Assembly: GCA_951406725.2 (NCBI GenBank)
Contig: OX597815.1
Span: 36,270,001 to 36,334,000, forward strand
Origin: Octopus vulgaris
Lineage: Eukaryota
DNA: 64,000 nt
Reading direction: 5' to 3'
A program made the position numbers and the translations under genes. The notes below the pieces were generated by a model that was given only the letters and a program-made list of their open reading frames with translations, did no database searches and was not told the origin of the DNA. This document shows positions 11,293 through 24,894 of this stretch, one piece after another; the stretch's first letter is position 1; every line of letters starts with the position of its first letter.

Positions 11293-12539
11293 AACCACTA
11301 CACTACACTGCAATTCAATATACTCCCCTGCATGGACGTCTTACACCATATGACTGAACCCCAAAACTATGTGTTTGGAAAGCTAACTTCATAATAAAAT
11401 ATTCATAAAGACATTTCACTAAGCTCAGGGGTAAATATGCTGAATGATGTACATGAAAAATTTTACTTCATTGAAATTTTTCTGTTAGTTGGAGAAAAAA
11501 ACAAAAGAAATGGCAATTATAAGTGACTATCAAAGATAAGAAATTAAGAATTAATTACCCCAAATTAATTTACATAGCTGAGGGGAAAATCTGTTTGTTT
11601 TCAGCAGGCAAGGGGACAGCTGTGTAGGATTCAGTTTTATAGGAACCTCATCAGCATAGTTTTGTCAAACTCAAACTTGCTTTATTAGCTGATAAGGATT
11701 GTTATGAATAAAAAAAAAAAAGCATAGATTTTGGCCAGTTGTAATTTGCATAATTCAAGAAATGAAATGACTTAATGGAAATAACTCGATTTGGCCAATG
11801 GTACGGAAAAATATACACTAAAATTATAAGTGATGATGATGATGATGATGACCGTTGGTGCCATTATTTCAAGCCCAGGTCTGGCTTGATTGAAGTAAAC
11901 TTATGACCAAAGGCATTCTAGCTATGATCAACCCATTTTATTTATATCAGAGATTACATTGCTTACATTATTTAAAAAGACAAATGGTATCAAAAGGAGC
12001 TCTCCATCACTCTCCCCTCTTATTTCACTGTTTTATGCCACCCATAAAAGTCATGATGGCAATTGATTTTCTCTGATTGAAATTCACACTCTTTCCCACC
12101 AGCCATACCATGCTGCCTTCACAAAGAGAATTTACCTATATTTCAATCACACACATTCCAACTACCATCCTTATCACTCTACCTTTTTTTTCTTCCATCA
12201 TAAGACACTGCGTCAGACCCTCATGTACCCAACACATCTTTTTCATTCCCAAGTCACTTGTTACTACTCCCCACTAATTCACATCCATTATTATCCACCC
12301 TCATGTCTCACCCTCTATTCCCATTCATCCCTTCTACCACATCTCTTGCTCCCAATACACACTCATCCTGATTCTTCTTTGGTCATCTATTCACATTCCT
12401 CCTCTGCAACATCATCTTGAGTTCATAAACACATCATGGAATGGTGAGGATTCTAATTTCGTAGTGTACATAGCAGCCCCACATCCAGTGCACTTTGTAA
12501 AGGGTAAAGTAAATGAGGAGTAGAAGGAATTCCTACATC

Positions 12540-12782
12540 TTTTTGAGCATGTTAACCTCTCAAGTGCTGGTACCACAATAAAATGCACCCTGTATAAAGT
12601 GGCCAGTGAAAAGAAGGGTGCTCAGCCATGGAAACCAACCCCAAACTGAAGCACAGAAGTGAGACTTGGTCCACTGGCCCATCTAAGAGAGTTGTGACTT
12701 CAAATAAAAACAGACTTGAAGCTTAATGAGTTATCCAATCCATACCCACATGGCAAAGTGATGTAAAACGATGATGGTGATA
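12540..12782 (+). mobile_element. Old RTE-tail module copy, preceded by a pyrimidine-rich segment
   Basis: agtgctggtaccacaataaaatgcacc...aagaagggtgctcagccatggaaacc...gatgtaaaacgatgatg. Confidence 0.55.
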
Positions 12783-12791
12783 TGTGCATGT

Positions 12792-12834
<43 letters not shown>

Positions 12835-13156
12835 CATCATATGTGTGCCTGCATTTCATCATGTGGTAATGTGAGATACAACACAACGTAGGCATTGATG
12901 AAATGATACAATTCATGTTTTATCATCAAATAACGATGACTCATTCAGAAAGGGTTTTGAATGCAAGTAAAAGACTGAAGTCTGTGAATGCATATAATTA
13001 CTAAGATAAGTACTTAGATTAATTTCCTACACATGGTACATGTGTGTGTGTAGCAGCAAAACCACCCTCACTTACTACATACTCTCTCTCTCTCCCCTCA
13101 AAATTATACTATACACTTGGTCTCTCTCTCTCTCTCTCTCTCTCAATATATATATT

Positions 13157-13346
13157 CTTTTATTGTTACTTGTTTCAGTCATTTGACTGTGGCCATGCTG
13201 GAGCACCACCTTTAGTTGAAGAAATCAATCCCAGGACTTATTCTTTGTAAGCCTAGTACTTATCGATCTCTGTTGCCGAACCACTAAGTTTCAGGGACAT
13301 AAGCACACCAACATCTGTTGTTAAGCGATGGCACAGATACAGACAT

Positions 13347-13405
<59 letters not shown>

Positions 13406-13508
13406 ATGGGCTTCTTCCAGTTTCTATCTACCAAATCTACTTACAAGGCTTTTGTTGGGCTGAGGCTATAGTAGAAGACACTTGTCCAAGGTATCATGTA
13501 GTGGGGCT
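13157..13508 (-). mobile_element. tRNA-derived CORE-like SINE lacking its head
   Basis: Aligns to 701-1045; internal (CA)n(TA)n tract expanded. Confidence 0.85.
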
Positions 13509-13663
13509 GTGTGTATGCATGTGTAAAGGTATACTTCAGCTTGTGTGTTAAGCAAAATGAACTAGTGAGAAATTATGTGAGGTGAGGTGGGTGTGTGTGT
13601 GCATGTGCTTTTAACAGCACACAAATCATAGGAAACCTAAACTAAATATTCATAATGATATAT

Positions 13664-14727
13664 CTGGGTGTACTGAAAGAGTAGCTGCTAGAATAAGAAT
13701 AGTCTAGGCAAAGTTCAGAGAGCTCTTACCTCTGCTGGTGAGAAAGGGCCTCTCGCTCAGAGTAAAAGGTAGACTGTATGACACATGTGTACGAACAGCC
13801 ATGCTACATGGCAGAGAAACATGGGGCATGACTGCTGAGGACATACATAAGCTTGCAAGGAATGAAGCTAGTATGCTCTGCTGGATGTGTATTGTCAGTG
13901 TTCATACCCGACAGAGTGTAAGTACCTTGAGAGAAAAGTTGGAACTAAGAAGCATCAGATGTGGTGTGCAAGAGAGACGACTGTGCTGGTATGGCCATGT
14001 GGTGAGAATGGAGGTGGATAGCTGTGTGAAAAGTGCCACAACCTAGAGGTTGAGGGAACCTGTGGAAGAGGTAGACCCAGGAAGACCTGGGATGAGGTAA
14101 TGAAGCATGACCTTCGAACATTGGGCCTCACCGAGGCAATGATTAGTGACTGGGACCTTTGGAAATATGCTGTACTTGAGAAGATCCGGAAAGCCAAATG
14201 AGACCATAACCTCATGGCCTATGGCAGGGGTGTAACCAGACCACTTATGCGTACCTTTCCTTCATTGGACACTAAACTCTGCTTGTGAAGACCTGTTGAG
14301 GCAAGAGAAATCAAAATTGAAATCAAATTTGATGACAGGCATCCGTGCTAGTGGAGCACTAAGAGCACCATCCAAGTGTGATTGTTACTAGCGTCGCTTT
14401 ACTGGCACTTGTGCCAGTGGCATGTGAAAAAACTTTTGAACAAGGTCGTTGCCAGTGCCACTGGACTGGCTCCTGTGCAGGTGGCATGTAAAAAACACCA
14501 TTTGAGCGGGGCCGTTGCCAGTATCACCTGACTGGCCCTTGTGCTGGTGGCATGTAAAAGCACCCACTACACTCTCGGAGTGGTTGGCATTAGGAAGGGC
14601 ATCCAGCAGTAGAAACTCTGCCAGATCAGATTGGAGCCTGGTGCAGCCATCTGGTTTGCCAGTCCTCAGTCAAATCGTCCAACCCATGCCAGCATGAAAA
14701 GCGGACGTTAAATGATGATGATGATGT
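13664..14727 (+). mobile_element. RTE LINE 3' end with long structured 3' UTR
   Basis: KFRELLPLL..KGLSLRVKGRLYDTCVRTAMLHGRETW...RRLCWYGHVVR...GRGRPRKTW (one frameshift near 14035), stop near 14201, ~500-nt UTR with hairpin units, (TGA)n tail. Confidence 0.92.
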
Positions 14728-15349
14728 TGATATGTGTTTATGTTTGTAAGTTTGTGTTTCGGGAATGTGTATGTTTGAATGGATCTCTCTCATGTATGGG
14801 TTTGTGTTTAAGTTTATGCAAGCATGTGGAGCTGCGTTCATGCATAAAAAGCTATAGAATAATGTAGAGTATACAGATCCAGTGATGTATGTGTGAGTGA
14901 GGAAAAAGAGAGACAGAAAAATCAAAACAAACTATATAAAAAACATATTATGTAGAGATGTTGGGATTTGTGTATTTGATATGTAAGTGTGAATGTGTGT
15001 GTGTGTGTGTGTACATGTATGTATGCAGAGACTAAAATGGAGGCATAAGTATTAATCATAAAGAGGTATACACAAACACACACACATGGGTTTGATATAT
15101 ATGTGTATGTATTAGACCATTTGAATTGTATTTGAAGCTGTGTATGCATGTGTGAATATGTTCCTTTGTACACAGTAAACTAGAGACAGCGATACAGTAT
15201 GAAGATATTATAAAGTGTTTGTTTGTGTGTGTGTGTGTGTGAGCATCTTCACTATATGAGAAAAATATATATTTTTTTAAAGGAGTGTAAAGTCATTAAC
15301 ACAATTTTATTGTTACTCAATGAGAAAGACTTTTTCAGAGTGTGTTAGT

Positions 15350-15350
<1 letters not shown>

Positions 15351-15389
<39 letters not shown>

Positions 15390-15620
15390 ATGTATGAGAG
15401 CAAGAAAGAGAGAGAGAGATCAACAGGCAGAGTAGCATATACACACATGTAGTCATACATACATACATACATACATACATACATACAGATAGATACACAA
15501 ACAGATCTACAGATATAGATAGACAGGTAGACAGATAATTAAACAGATAAATAAGCTGAGAATACTGACAGTCGGACAGATAGAGATATGAGGAGAGAAG
15601 CAAACAGATGTAAAGAGAAG
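15351..15620. repeat. Compound (CA)n, (TACA)n, (GATA/GACA)n simple repeats
   Basis: Directly visible. Confidence 0.85.
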
Positions 15621-16809
15621 CTGACAACCAGACAGACATAATGAAAAAAAATACTTATGGCTATGTGCATTTGCAGCAATCATGAACATTTGCATATGTT
15701 TTGTATGCAGGTGTTTGTCTGCATATGAATGTTAATAAGTTTGGTGTGTGAATCTGTCTTTCTGATTCTCTGCATCTAGATGTGTGAGTTTAAAAGGAAT
15801 GTTATCAGCTTTTACTTGGCAGAGACCGACTCTTCAGATTATATTTCCTTTCCACCAGTTTTAGGCCAGTTATAAGTGTTAATTATAACAGGACAGATAA
15901 TCAGAGAGAGACAAACAGCTAGACAGAGAGATACAAGAGATACAGTCACAAGAGAAAGACAGGAATTGAGAGAGACAGATAGACAGGGAACGAGAGAGAA
16001 AGAGAGAGAAACAGACAATTAGATAAAGGCAGACAGAAAGACAACTACTAACAAAATCAGCAGAAAGAAAATAAAAATAATTTCAAGAAAGATGAAAATG
16101 AAATGAAAAATATATATTGGACAAAAAAAAAAAAAAAGTAACTAAAAGAAAATCCAAAATGAGAAGTGGCATTGTTGGAAGTGATGAAGTAGAAGACTTA
16201 TTACAATCTCACAGACTCTCATGGAATAAATAACAGGAAAAAACAAAACAGGAAAACAAACAACATACAAATAAAAAAATGGAAATGATGTTGAATTAAC
16301 CATTTGACAGAGATACTTCCTCACTCATGAACATAGTGCTACTAATATTAAACATGACACAAGGGGTAGGATACCCTCTTTTCCCCTCACTTCTTTTTGC
16401 AGTCTTCAAAAAGAGAAAAAGAAGTAACTGAGAAAAGTGCAAAAAACCAAACCTACTGCAACACTGCATCAACACTGTGACCTATTTGTGATGAAATGTC
16501 TTTGTGAACTTTCAGATTTACCATTTAAAACCTGTATCTGTGAGTGAGTTAATTGGTAGGTAACCATCATCTGCAGTTGAATTGTATCCCAACATACCAA
16601 TCAAGATATGAAACATTAAATGCGTGTGCATGTGTGTATAAAATGTCACTCTCCTCTCACACTACTGTGAATTTATCCACTCCGCTACCATCTTCAGTTT
16701 GTCATCTTTCTTATACTCAACTTCTTGTTCCTTGACAGTATACTCTGACACTTCATTATCAACATCTCTCTATTCTATCCAGCTAATTCTACCTACTCAA
16801 ATATAATGT

Positions 16810-17155
16810 GATATAGCCATATACCTCTTCTATAGCAAAACACCTGTGCCTGTTCCTCTATCATACTTTAGCCTCTCAACATCTGGCTTAAAGCCAACTT
16901 CTGCTCAGAGACTTTTTCTTTGTCTCACTAGTTACTTGGCAACCTTCATTCACGTTGGTGATGAAAAAAAGCACCTGATGCACCCTGTAAAGTGGTTGGT
17001 GTTATGAAGGACATCAAGCCATAGAAACCATGCCAAGACAGACATTGGAGTTCAACTCACTCCTCTGGCTCACTGGAACCTATCAAACCATCTAACTTAC
17101 GCCAGCATAGTAGTTAGACATTAAATGAGAATACTGATGTTAAATGATGAGGATG
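16810..17155 (+). mobile_element. Old single-unit RTE-tail module element
   Basis: agttacttggcaacc...aaaaaagcacc...aaagtggttggtgttatgaaggacatc; upstream segment shared with 60263-60578 and 61351-61720. Confidence 0.6.
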
Positions 17156-17559
17156 TGGTGGATCCTCCATTAATTTCAACAAGTATTTAATTTTTTGAGC
17201 AAATGAATGACCTACACTGAATTAATGCAAAGTAGCTGAGTATTCCACAGACATGTGCACCTTTAATATAATTCTTTGGAAGAATCAGCATGTGACAAGG
17301 TTGGACTTTTGAATTACAGATGCAATCCATCCAATGAGCTTCCAAATAATTCTATCAACCTAATTTCTCTCATAAGGGTTTTATTGACTTGAGGCTCTGA
17401 TGAACACTTCCCTGAGATGCCACAAAGTGGACTGAATCCAGGATCACATGATCATGTGTGGTTAAACGATTAAGTTTGTTGCACAAACTCTTTTAGTTTC
17501 AAAAAGCAGAAATCAAGTAATAAATTGCTAACAGAAATCTAACTGTTCTTTGCAGGAAC

Positions 17560-20500
17560 AAAATTTCAAGGTTGTTACAATCAACACGAGTATGATGAAA
17601 GGTAAGAAGTTTCAGAGTGGAGGAATGTATATGTGTTGTGTTCAAAATGAAAGGGGACCCCCAATCAGGTTATTCAGGAGTAAAGAACACACATGCAAAT
17701 TCTTCAGAGTAGGTAAACATTGGGGTGGTGGAGTAAGGATAACTGAGTAAGTCAGAGGATGTATCAATGATCAAGCATAGACCAGTCATGGGTCACACAA
17801 CAGTAACAGTATCTCTATATATGCACCACAACCAGGAATAACAGATGAACAAAACTGAAATGTTACTATGAGGCCCTCTTGCAGACCATCTTGATAATGG
17901 GTAACAATAACCTCATTATCACAGCTAGTGACTTCAAAGACATTGTTGGGTAAAAAGCATGACATTACTCCAATTGTAGAAAGTTAAGGATATTGTATGA
18001 AGAATGAGGAGATATCAAGACTTGGAATTCTGTTACATAAATGACCTACCCATTTGCAACACTAACTTTAAGAAACTGACCATTTACCTGATCACTAATC
18101 AATCAGGTGAACATGCAAGCCAGATAGAGTTCACACACACCAAGAAACAAGATAATAATTATCATCATCGTTTAACATCCGCTTTCCGTGCTGGCATGGG
18201 TTGGACTATTTGACAGGACTGGCGAACCAGATGGCTGCACCCGGCTCCAATCTGATCTGGCAGAGTTTCTACAGCTGGATGCCCTTCCTAATGCCAACGA
18301 TTCCAAGAGTGCAGTGGGTGATTTTACGTGCCACCGGCATGAGGGCCAGTCAGGTGTTACTAGCAATGGCCACGCTCAAATGGTGTTTTTTATGTGTCAC
18401 CTGCACAGAAGCCAGTCCAGCGGCACTGGCAATGACCTCGCTCGAATATTTTTTCACTTGCCATGGGCACAAGTGCCAGTAAGGCAATGCTGGTAACGAT
18501 CACGCTTGAATGGTGTGTTTTACATACCACTGGCATGGAAGCCAGTCAGCTGCTCTGGTAACGATCACGCTCGGATGGTGCTCTTAGCACTCCACTAGCA
18601 CAGATGCCAGTCATTGAATTTGATTTCGATTTCAATTTCACTTGCCTCAACAAGTAGGAGGGGGCTGAGGACTGAACCTTGGTGGACCCCTACCTCTACT
18701 CGGAATCAAATGTTTGTAAATACTAGGTACTTCCTGGGTGAAGAATGTACCACTCAACATAGATTAATGATTAATGACTTCAGACTAAGAGCAAGACATA
18801 CCCAGAGATACATAACAATCTAGAAAAGAAAGATAAGCTGAAAGATACCATTTCTGGACAAAGGTGCAGAGAAATTCTATATGACATGGATGTTGTGAAG
18901 GAGGAGGAGATAGAGCTTTGTAAAATAAAGGACAATCGCAAGTTTCAGTGAGACAACCTGCTATAAACAAAAGAGCAGATCTGTGGATTGCGCAAGATTC
19001 ACTCCAGATAGAAGGTGACATGATGGAGTGACACAGAAGACTGAGTCATAAAGGCTAAGAGAAAAGCTTCAAGAAATTGGAAGAAAGTAAGGGGAGCAAG
19101 GACACAATATTAAGTAACTGGAAGAGAAGTCAGTCATCAGGTGTACATAGCAAGGCAAGAGGTCTGCCAATGATCTGCAATAAGAAGATCAGAAGTATGA
19201 GATATTGTAGCTAGTAAAGCAGTGTGTCAGTGTGAGTTGAGATGTTGAGTAAAAAATGTTCAGAATGACAGCTGCACACCTACCTTCACTGATGCTAAGG
19301 TAAAAAAAAAGGCTTGGGAATGTTACTATGAGATATTGGTGAAAGTGGAGAATGTATGGGAGAAAATGGACGACTTCATATAAATCCAACAGAGACCAGC
19401 TTAGCAGATGTACAGTCAAAAGTACAGGGAGAAGTGACACCCAATGACTGGCATAGCAATATCATCAACAACTACGACAATGGCCAAGGAGAAGCAAATT
19501 ATAGAGACATCAAACTGACAGATCAAATTATGAAATAAAAAGAACTATAGGTGCAGCTCATTTGAAAGAAAATCAGTTCAGGTTTATGTTAGGGCAAGGT
19601 ACAGCTGATTCCATTTACCTACTGTTGAAATTACAAGAGAAGTTTATAATTAAGAGCAATCCATTACACATTGCCTTTGACAGTTTTATGGTTGTAAAGA
19701 AGACAAGGTATACATGAATAATCTGTGAAAGTTATATGCAGAACTGCTGTTGGCAAGATGAGAGTTGGCAATGAGTTCAACAAGGAATTCATCATGCAAG
19801 AAGGCCTCCATCACATTTCTTATAAGTTCCTTAGGTTAAAGCAGAGGAGTTAAAGACCAATTGCTCATGCAAAATTCCTGTATGTCAATAATCTAGTTCT
19901 CATAGGATATCTACAGAAAATTTAGAGAAGAAATTCCAAACATGAAGGCAAAGCCAAGAATTAAAAGGCCACAAAATAAACCTAGCAAAGATAAAAATTT
20001 CAGCAAGAATAAAGAGTGGACTCTATTACTGTCAGACAAATGGTTGTACTTGATACACAGAAAACAAATAGGAAGGAACTCCAAATATTGTGAGTAATGT
20101 ATGCTAAGAGTATACAAGATGTGTGATGGAATCACAGGCAGGTTGATATGCAGCAAAGATATGGGAGTAGTTAGAACTAAGCACATAGGAAATAAGTTTT
20201 TTTTCATATGTTTAGAAGGTTCTATTGATAATTTCTGTTACCTAGGTAACCTAATTAGCAGTGGAGGTGGGTATTCTGAAAGCATTGTAACCTGAGTAAG
20301 AATTAGTTGAAAAAGTTTAGGGTGCTTTTATCTCTGGATTCATTCTCCAAGTGAAGAGCAGAATGCATGACACTTGTGTAAAAATTGTAATATTTTTATG
20401 TGGCAAAACATAAGTATTGAACGCAGAGGATGGGCAAAGAATTGAAGTGAGCATGCTCTGCAGGATGTGCAATGTAGTACTTACAAATAACTGCACAAAT

Positions 20501-20790
20501 GAAAATGGGTATAAGAGGAATCAGATGTAGTGTGCAAGCGAGAAAACTGTGTTGGTATAGACATGATATACATATAGAGGATGACAGTTGAATAAGGAAA
20601 TTCCAAGCAATCCAAGTGGAAGAAGCCTGCAGAAGCTAAAGGAAAATATGTGAAAACTGATCTCAGGATATTGAATCTTATGAAGAAAATGACAAGTAGC
20701 TATGGCATGAGGTGATGCACTGTGTGGAAAAAACTGGCCAATCTATGCAAGATGTAAAACAGGATGTAAAAATGATGGTGATGATGATCA
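17560..20790 (+). pseudogene. Highly decayed near-full-length RTE LINE (APE endonuclease plus RT), interrupted at 18153-18706
   Basis: Scattered motifs in the expected order: VVTINTSMMKG, CCVQ, SIYAPQPG, ICNTNFKK..LIT.QSG...SQI, GEECTTQHRL, NYRDIKL, QFRFMLGQGT, DNFCYLGNLISSGGG, RKLCWY; short 3' UTR and (TGA)n tail; many stops and frameshifts. Confidence 0.8.
18153..18706 (-). mobile_element. Younger RTE copy with an internal deletion, nested in the old RTE
   Basis: Module and tail in reverse orientation; the 5' end (18655-18706) encodes FRVEVGVHQGSVLSPLL fused directly to 3' UTR sequence. Confidence 0.85.
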
Positions 20791-22299
20791 TGTGTTAGGA
20801 TATGCATGCTTTTGTCTATATTTGAGTGTGTGTGTGTGTGTGTGTGTGCATGCGCGCGTGAATATGCTTGTATTTCTGTGAGATGAATAGTAAAGTATAT
20901 TTAATGATAAAGAATATAAATGTTATCTGTCAGTGATGCATAATCCATGTTTTATTGTTTATATTGCTTATTATTAAATACAACTTACTGTGTATTTCAA
21001 CATTTGATTTTTAGTGCATCATTAATGAATGAATTGTATCAATTAATTAATCATTGATACAACTACACTGCATTACAAAAATTAGACTGACCAATTTACA
21101 TAAGTTATGATATAAGCTAAATTTCTCACTGTAGGCACATAAAGTACGATATATGGTTTCAGATAGAAACTCCAATTAGAGCTGAAACCAGTCAAGCAAA
21201 ACCCTCTTTTCTGTTCACAGAGAATAAAAGAAAAAGACATTTGTTTACATTCAACCACATATTTTAGGTGATACATCCCAGTGATGAAGAAAATATGTAT
21301 TGCTTATCATTAAATATACCTTACTATACATTCAAATGATGCAACACATACTGTCTACTGGATCATGAATATGTGTGTGTGTGTGTGTGTAAGAAGCCAT
21401 CAAATAGAGATTAGCATTTAAACATCTTTCATTCTATGTGGTTATCTTAGTCTGAAGAAGAGAGGTTACATTTATAAACATATGGCAGCTCCTCCCCACA
21501 CTCAATATGTATAGTGAATACAGTTGGTGTTTAACATAAACGTCTGCAAATGGACTTTTATTGGAATGAGTAGGGAGATATTTCTACAGTACTGGAAAAG
21601 AAACGATAACTGGATCCATAAAGTGTTTCAGTTTAGAATCTGAGATGACACACAATTGTTTCTATCACAGGCACAAGGTTTGAGATTTGAGAAGAGAGTG
21701 ATGAAATGTGTATCAGGTGGGTTAGTACAAAAGTGATACCACAACTTACAAGTTCATAGAAGCAGAGTCATTGTTATTACAGAAGGAGAGATGGAAACAG
21801 AATAAAGTGTATCAATGGACAAGTGGAATCAGTATTTTGATGTATAAAGCCTTCACAGATGCTTTTTCTTAGGGTGCAACTTAAAATGTTTGTTTGTGTG
21901 TAGTAGTTGTTTTAACCCAGATATGAACACAATATTCTTATGTGTTGTGTTTATTCAGTGCAGATAATTGACATTTGTTTATAGCTTTTATTCCTCTCCA
22001 CTATTGAAGTGGCAGCCCAGACTTTGGGATGATGCTTGTGTAGTCACTATCAAAGGTTGCTGTTGTGTTTACATATATAGGTCAACACTAATCTAGCAGA
22101 CCTATGATCAAGAGTATTCTAACTACGGCCATCCTGTCTTTTTAGGATTATGTCTATGACTATTTAAGAAGTTGGGAATGAGAGGAGGGAGATTTGGTTA
22201 TCATTTTCTGAAGATTAAGCAATGAGATAGTGGCTTCCTTATTGTATTGCCATGAAAGGTCAGAGATGGTGAAGCCTGGCATTTGTAACATTTTTGAAG

Positions 22300-23090
22300 A
22301 TTTTCATTGTGTATACACCTGTAGTTGATTTCCTTGCTGTGCATACTAACAGCAGTATTTTGTTACTACTGAATGAGACCAGGCTTCTCATATCTTTAAT
22401 TCAAGATATTTTTGAGGCTAGAAGTTGTCTATAGATGATGCCTGTATGTTTCCAAGTTAGCTCTGACCTCATATTTTTTCACAGTGTTCTAAATTATCTT
22501 ATGTGCTCATTTTAAAGATGGTAGGACAAAACCCAAGGGATATTTGGCGGCGAGCTGGCAGAAACGTTAGCACGCCAGGCGAAATGCGTAGCCGTATTTC
22601 GCCTGTCATTACGTTCCGAGTTCAAATTCTGCCAAGGTCGACTTTGCCTTTCATCCTTTCAGGGTTGATAAATTAAGTACCAGTTATGCACTGAGGTTGA
22701 TGTAATTGACTTAATCCCTTTGTCTGTCCTTGTTTGTCCCCTCTGTGTTTAGCCCCTTGTGGGTAGTAAAGAAATAGATATTTAGTTGCTATTTCTAGAT
22801 GCCCACTCACTGACTTGGATGCATGTTTGTGGAAAGTTATGGAGAAGTGAAAGATGGTATCATCTGCATAGTGGGGTGTGTGGCTAGTGGTATCAGTAAG
22901 CAGGCCATTGAGATGTAGATGGACATGTGTAGGTAACATTATCATACGATGAAGCACACTTGAATTAATAGCATGTCGGTTGATACAATAGTCTGTCTGA
23001 GAATAAACTCCTAATATTAGAGATAAGAGAAAGACAGAGTGTATGAGTAATCTTAGCGGTTGAATGCTTTCACCAAAGATCTTACAGATC
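22300..23090 (-). pseudogene. Ancient Jockey/L2-CR1-group LINE RT remnant, interrupted by SINEs
   Basis: INSSVLHRMIMLPTHVHLHLNGLL...HYADDTIFHFS resembles INSGVPQGSVLSPTLFLLFINDLL...SYADDTTLHSS; YADD at ~22860-22871. Confidence 0.6.
22546..22776 (+). mobile_element. tRNA-headed SINE with Meta-like central domain, full length
   Basis: ggcggcgagcTGGCAGAAACG...GAGTTCAAATTC, then gtcgactttgcctttcatcctttc.ggg.t.gataaattaagtaccag (MetaSINE/Sauria-like domain); flanked by gatattt repeats (22539-22545 and 22777-22783). Confidence 0.85.
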
Positions 23091-24894
23091 ATATTTAACT
23101 ATACAATATACAGCTTCTATATATCTCCTACACTCTATGCTCAAATCTCACTAGTGTGTAGAACCACCTTTCTAATGCATGTTTCATAGCATCTCTCTCT
23201 CTCTCTCTGCTGTACAGGAAGAAAACCTTTTGGTAGCCAACAAAAGTAATAACACTGAAATTCTCACAAAAGACTACAGTCACTTCAGAGCTTATACCAT
23301 GATTTGAATCTAAAACAATTTCATCATGGCAGAGTTATTCTGGCTGTTGAAAAAAACATAGAAAAACAGTTACTATCACTTTGATTTATTTCTTAATAGA
23401 GTTATCTACTGTGATTTCTTAAAATATTTTGTTGCTCTTCTGCAGTGGAATTGTGTCACAGAAGTACATCAAAATTCATTGACAATTCAGGATAAACAAA
23501 ACTATTATGAAATAAATGAATGTAAATATATCAGATTTTAAAAAAATATTCTTCTTAAACTGTTAAAATGAGTCTTCTGAGATGTACTGTATGGGAAACA
23601 AGGAGTTTAAAGTCATAAACTAACTAGTTACCCAACACACATTTATGCGTGTATATGTACATATTTACAAGCACACACAAAGACATCTATATAGTTGTCT
23701 AAATGTAAGAGTATATGACACTTTCTTTTTAACTGCCTGGACATACAATAGCATACTCCTTAGCCTCTCACCTAGATTTACAAGGATAGAATAGAAATAT
23801 ACTGTTCTACTACTGAACTGACTGAAGATTTTTTTATCTTTACTTAAGATATCACATCTAGAAATTAAGGACTTCAAAGAAAGAGCATGCCAGACCTAGA
23901 AATACAAAATAGGGAAAAGGAACATATGGCTTCTGAAAGATACCTCTCCCATACAAAAGTGCCAAGAAGTCGAAAAGGAATAGATTCCATCTATTCAGCT
24001 ACCCTTTTCTGTGGTTCATCTCATGAGGTCATGTAGAAAATACTATGCTTGATCTTCTCCACATTCCCTTCAACCCCCTTTTTGCCTATGCCCTTACCTC
24101 TTACATCTACTAGGCCCATGCATTTGAAGCAAAAGCTTTGGTCCATTGATTTACTAGGCTCTAAATCAGTAAAAGAAAAAAATGAGGAAAGAAGACAGGA
24201 GAGGAAGCTACACTTAGAACAGTAACTGAAATAAGGCAGCTCGTTTGTAACTACTAAATAATACCAGCCAAATTTCCATCAAATCATATCCGAGAAAAAT
24301 ATCTTGAAAACATAAATAAAAAAAAAAGAAAGGATGTTGACGACCAGAATGTCTTTAATCTAATAAGCCTACCGGTTCAGGACTGCTGTAGGGCAAAACA
24401 ACATCATTTTAATAAACCAGTTAAGCAAATTAATCAAGTAAGATCTGGAATCTAAGGTGACTGGTGGCAGGAAAAGTTAATTCATTAAAAATTTGGAGAA
24501 AAGGAGTGAAAAGTCCTGTTTTGGAAAAATCCTGTTTGTTCCTCTTCAGGAATATAGAAGCTGATATTGTGGTTGTAAAAAGGTGAATGAGAAATATGGA
24601 TTAATGCAATGAACATCATCATCCTTACCTCTCACCCCACACAATCCACTTGACCTGGCTCTCACAACCTTACTCCTTGGCTCTTGCTACACACTTTTAT
24701 CATCCTTCCTCTTCATTTTGCATCCTCCCATGCTACTCACAGTCCTTTCCTCATGCACCACATACTTTCTCCACACACCTACATTTCCACATTACCCTTT
24801 TACCTTTTTTCTCATTCCTCATTTATGACTCCATAACCTTTTTCTAGAAAGAACACATGTCCAAGTAATTCAGCCTGTTTTTTTCCCTAGAAAC

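Noticed and set aside
15797-15850. Minus-strand CTGAAGA...AAAAGCT hammerhead relic
   Set aside because: Stem II and G12 are both defective; not distinguishable from chance
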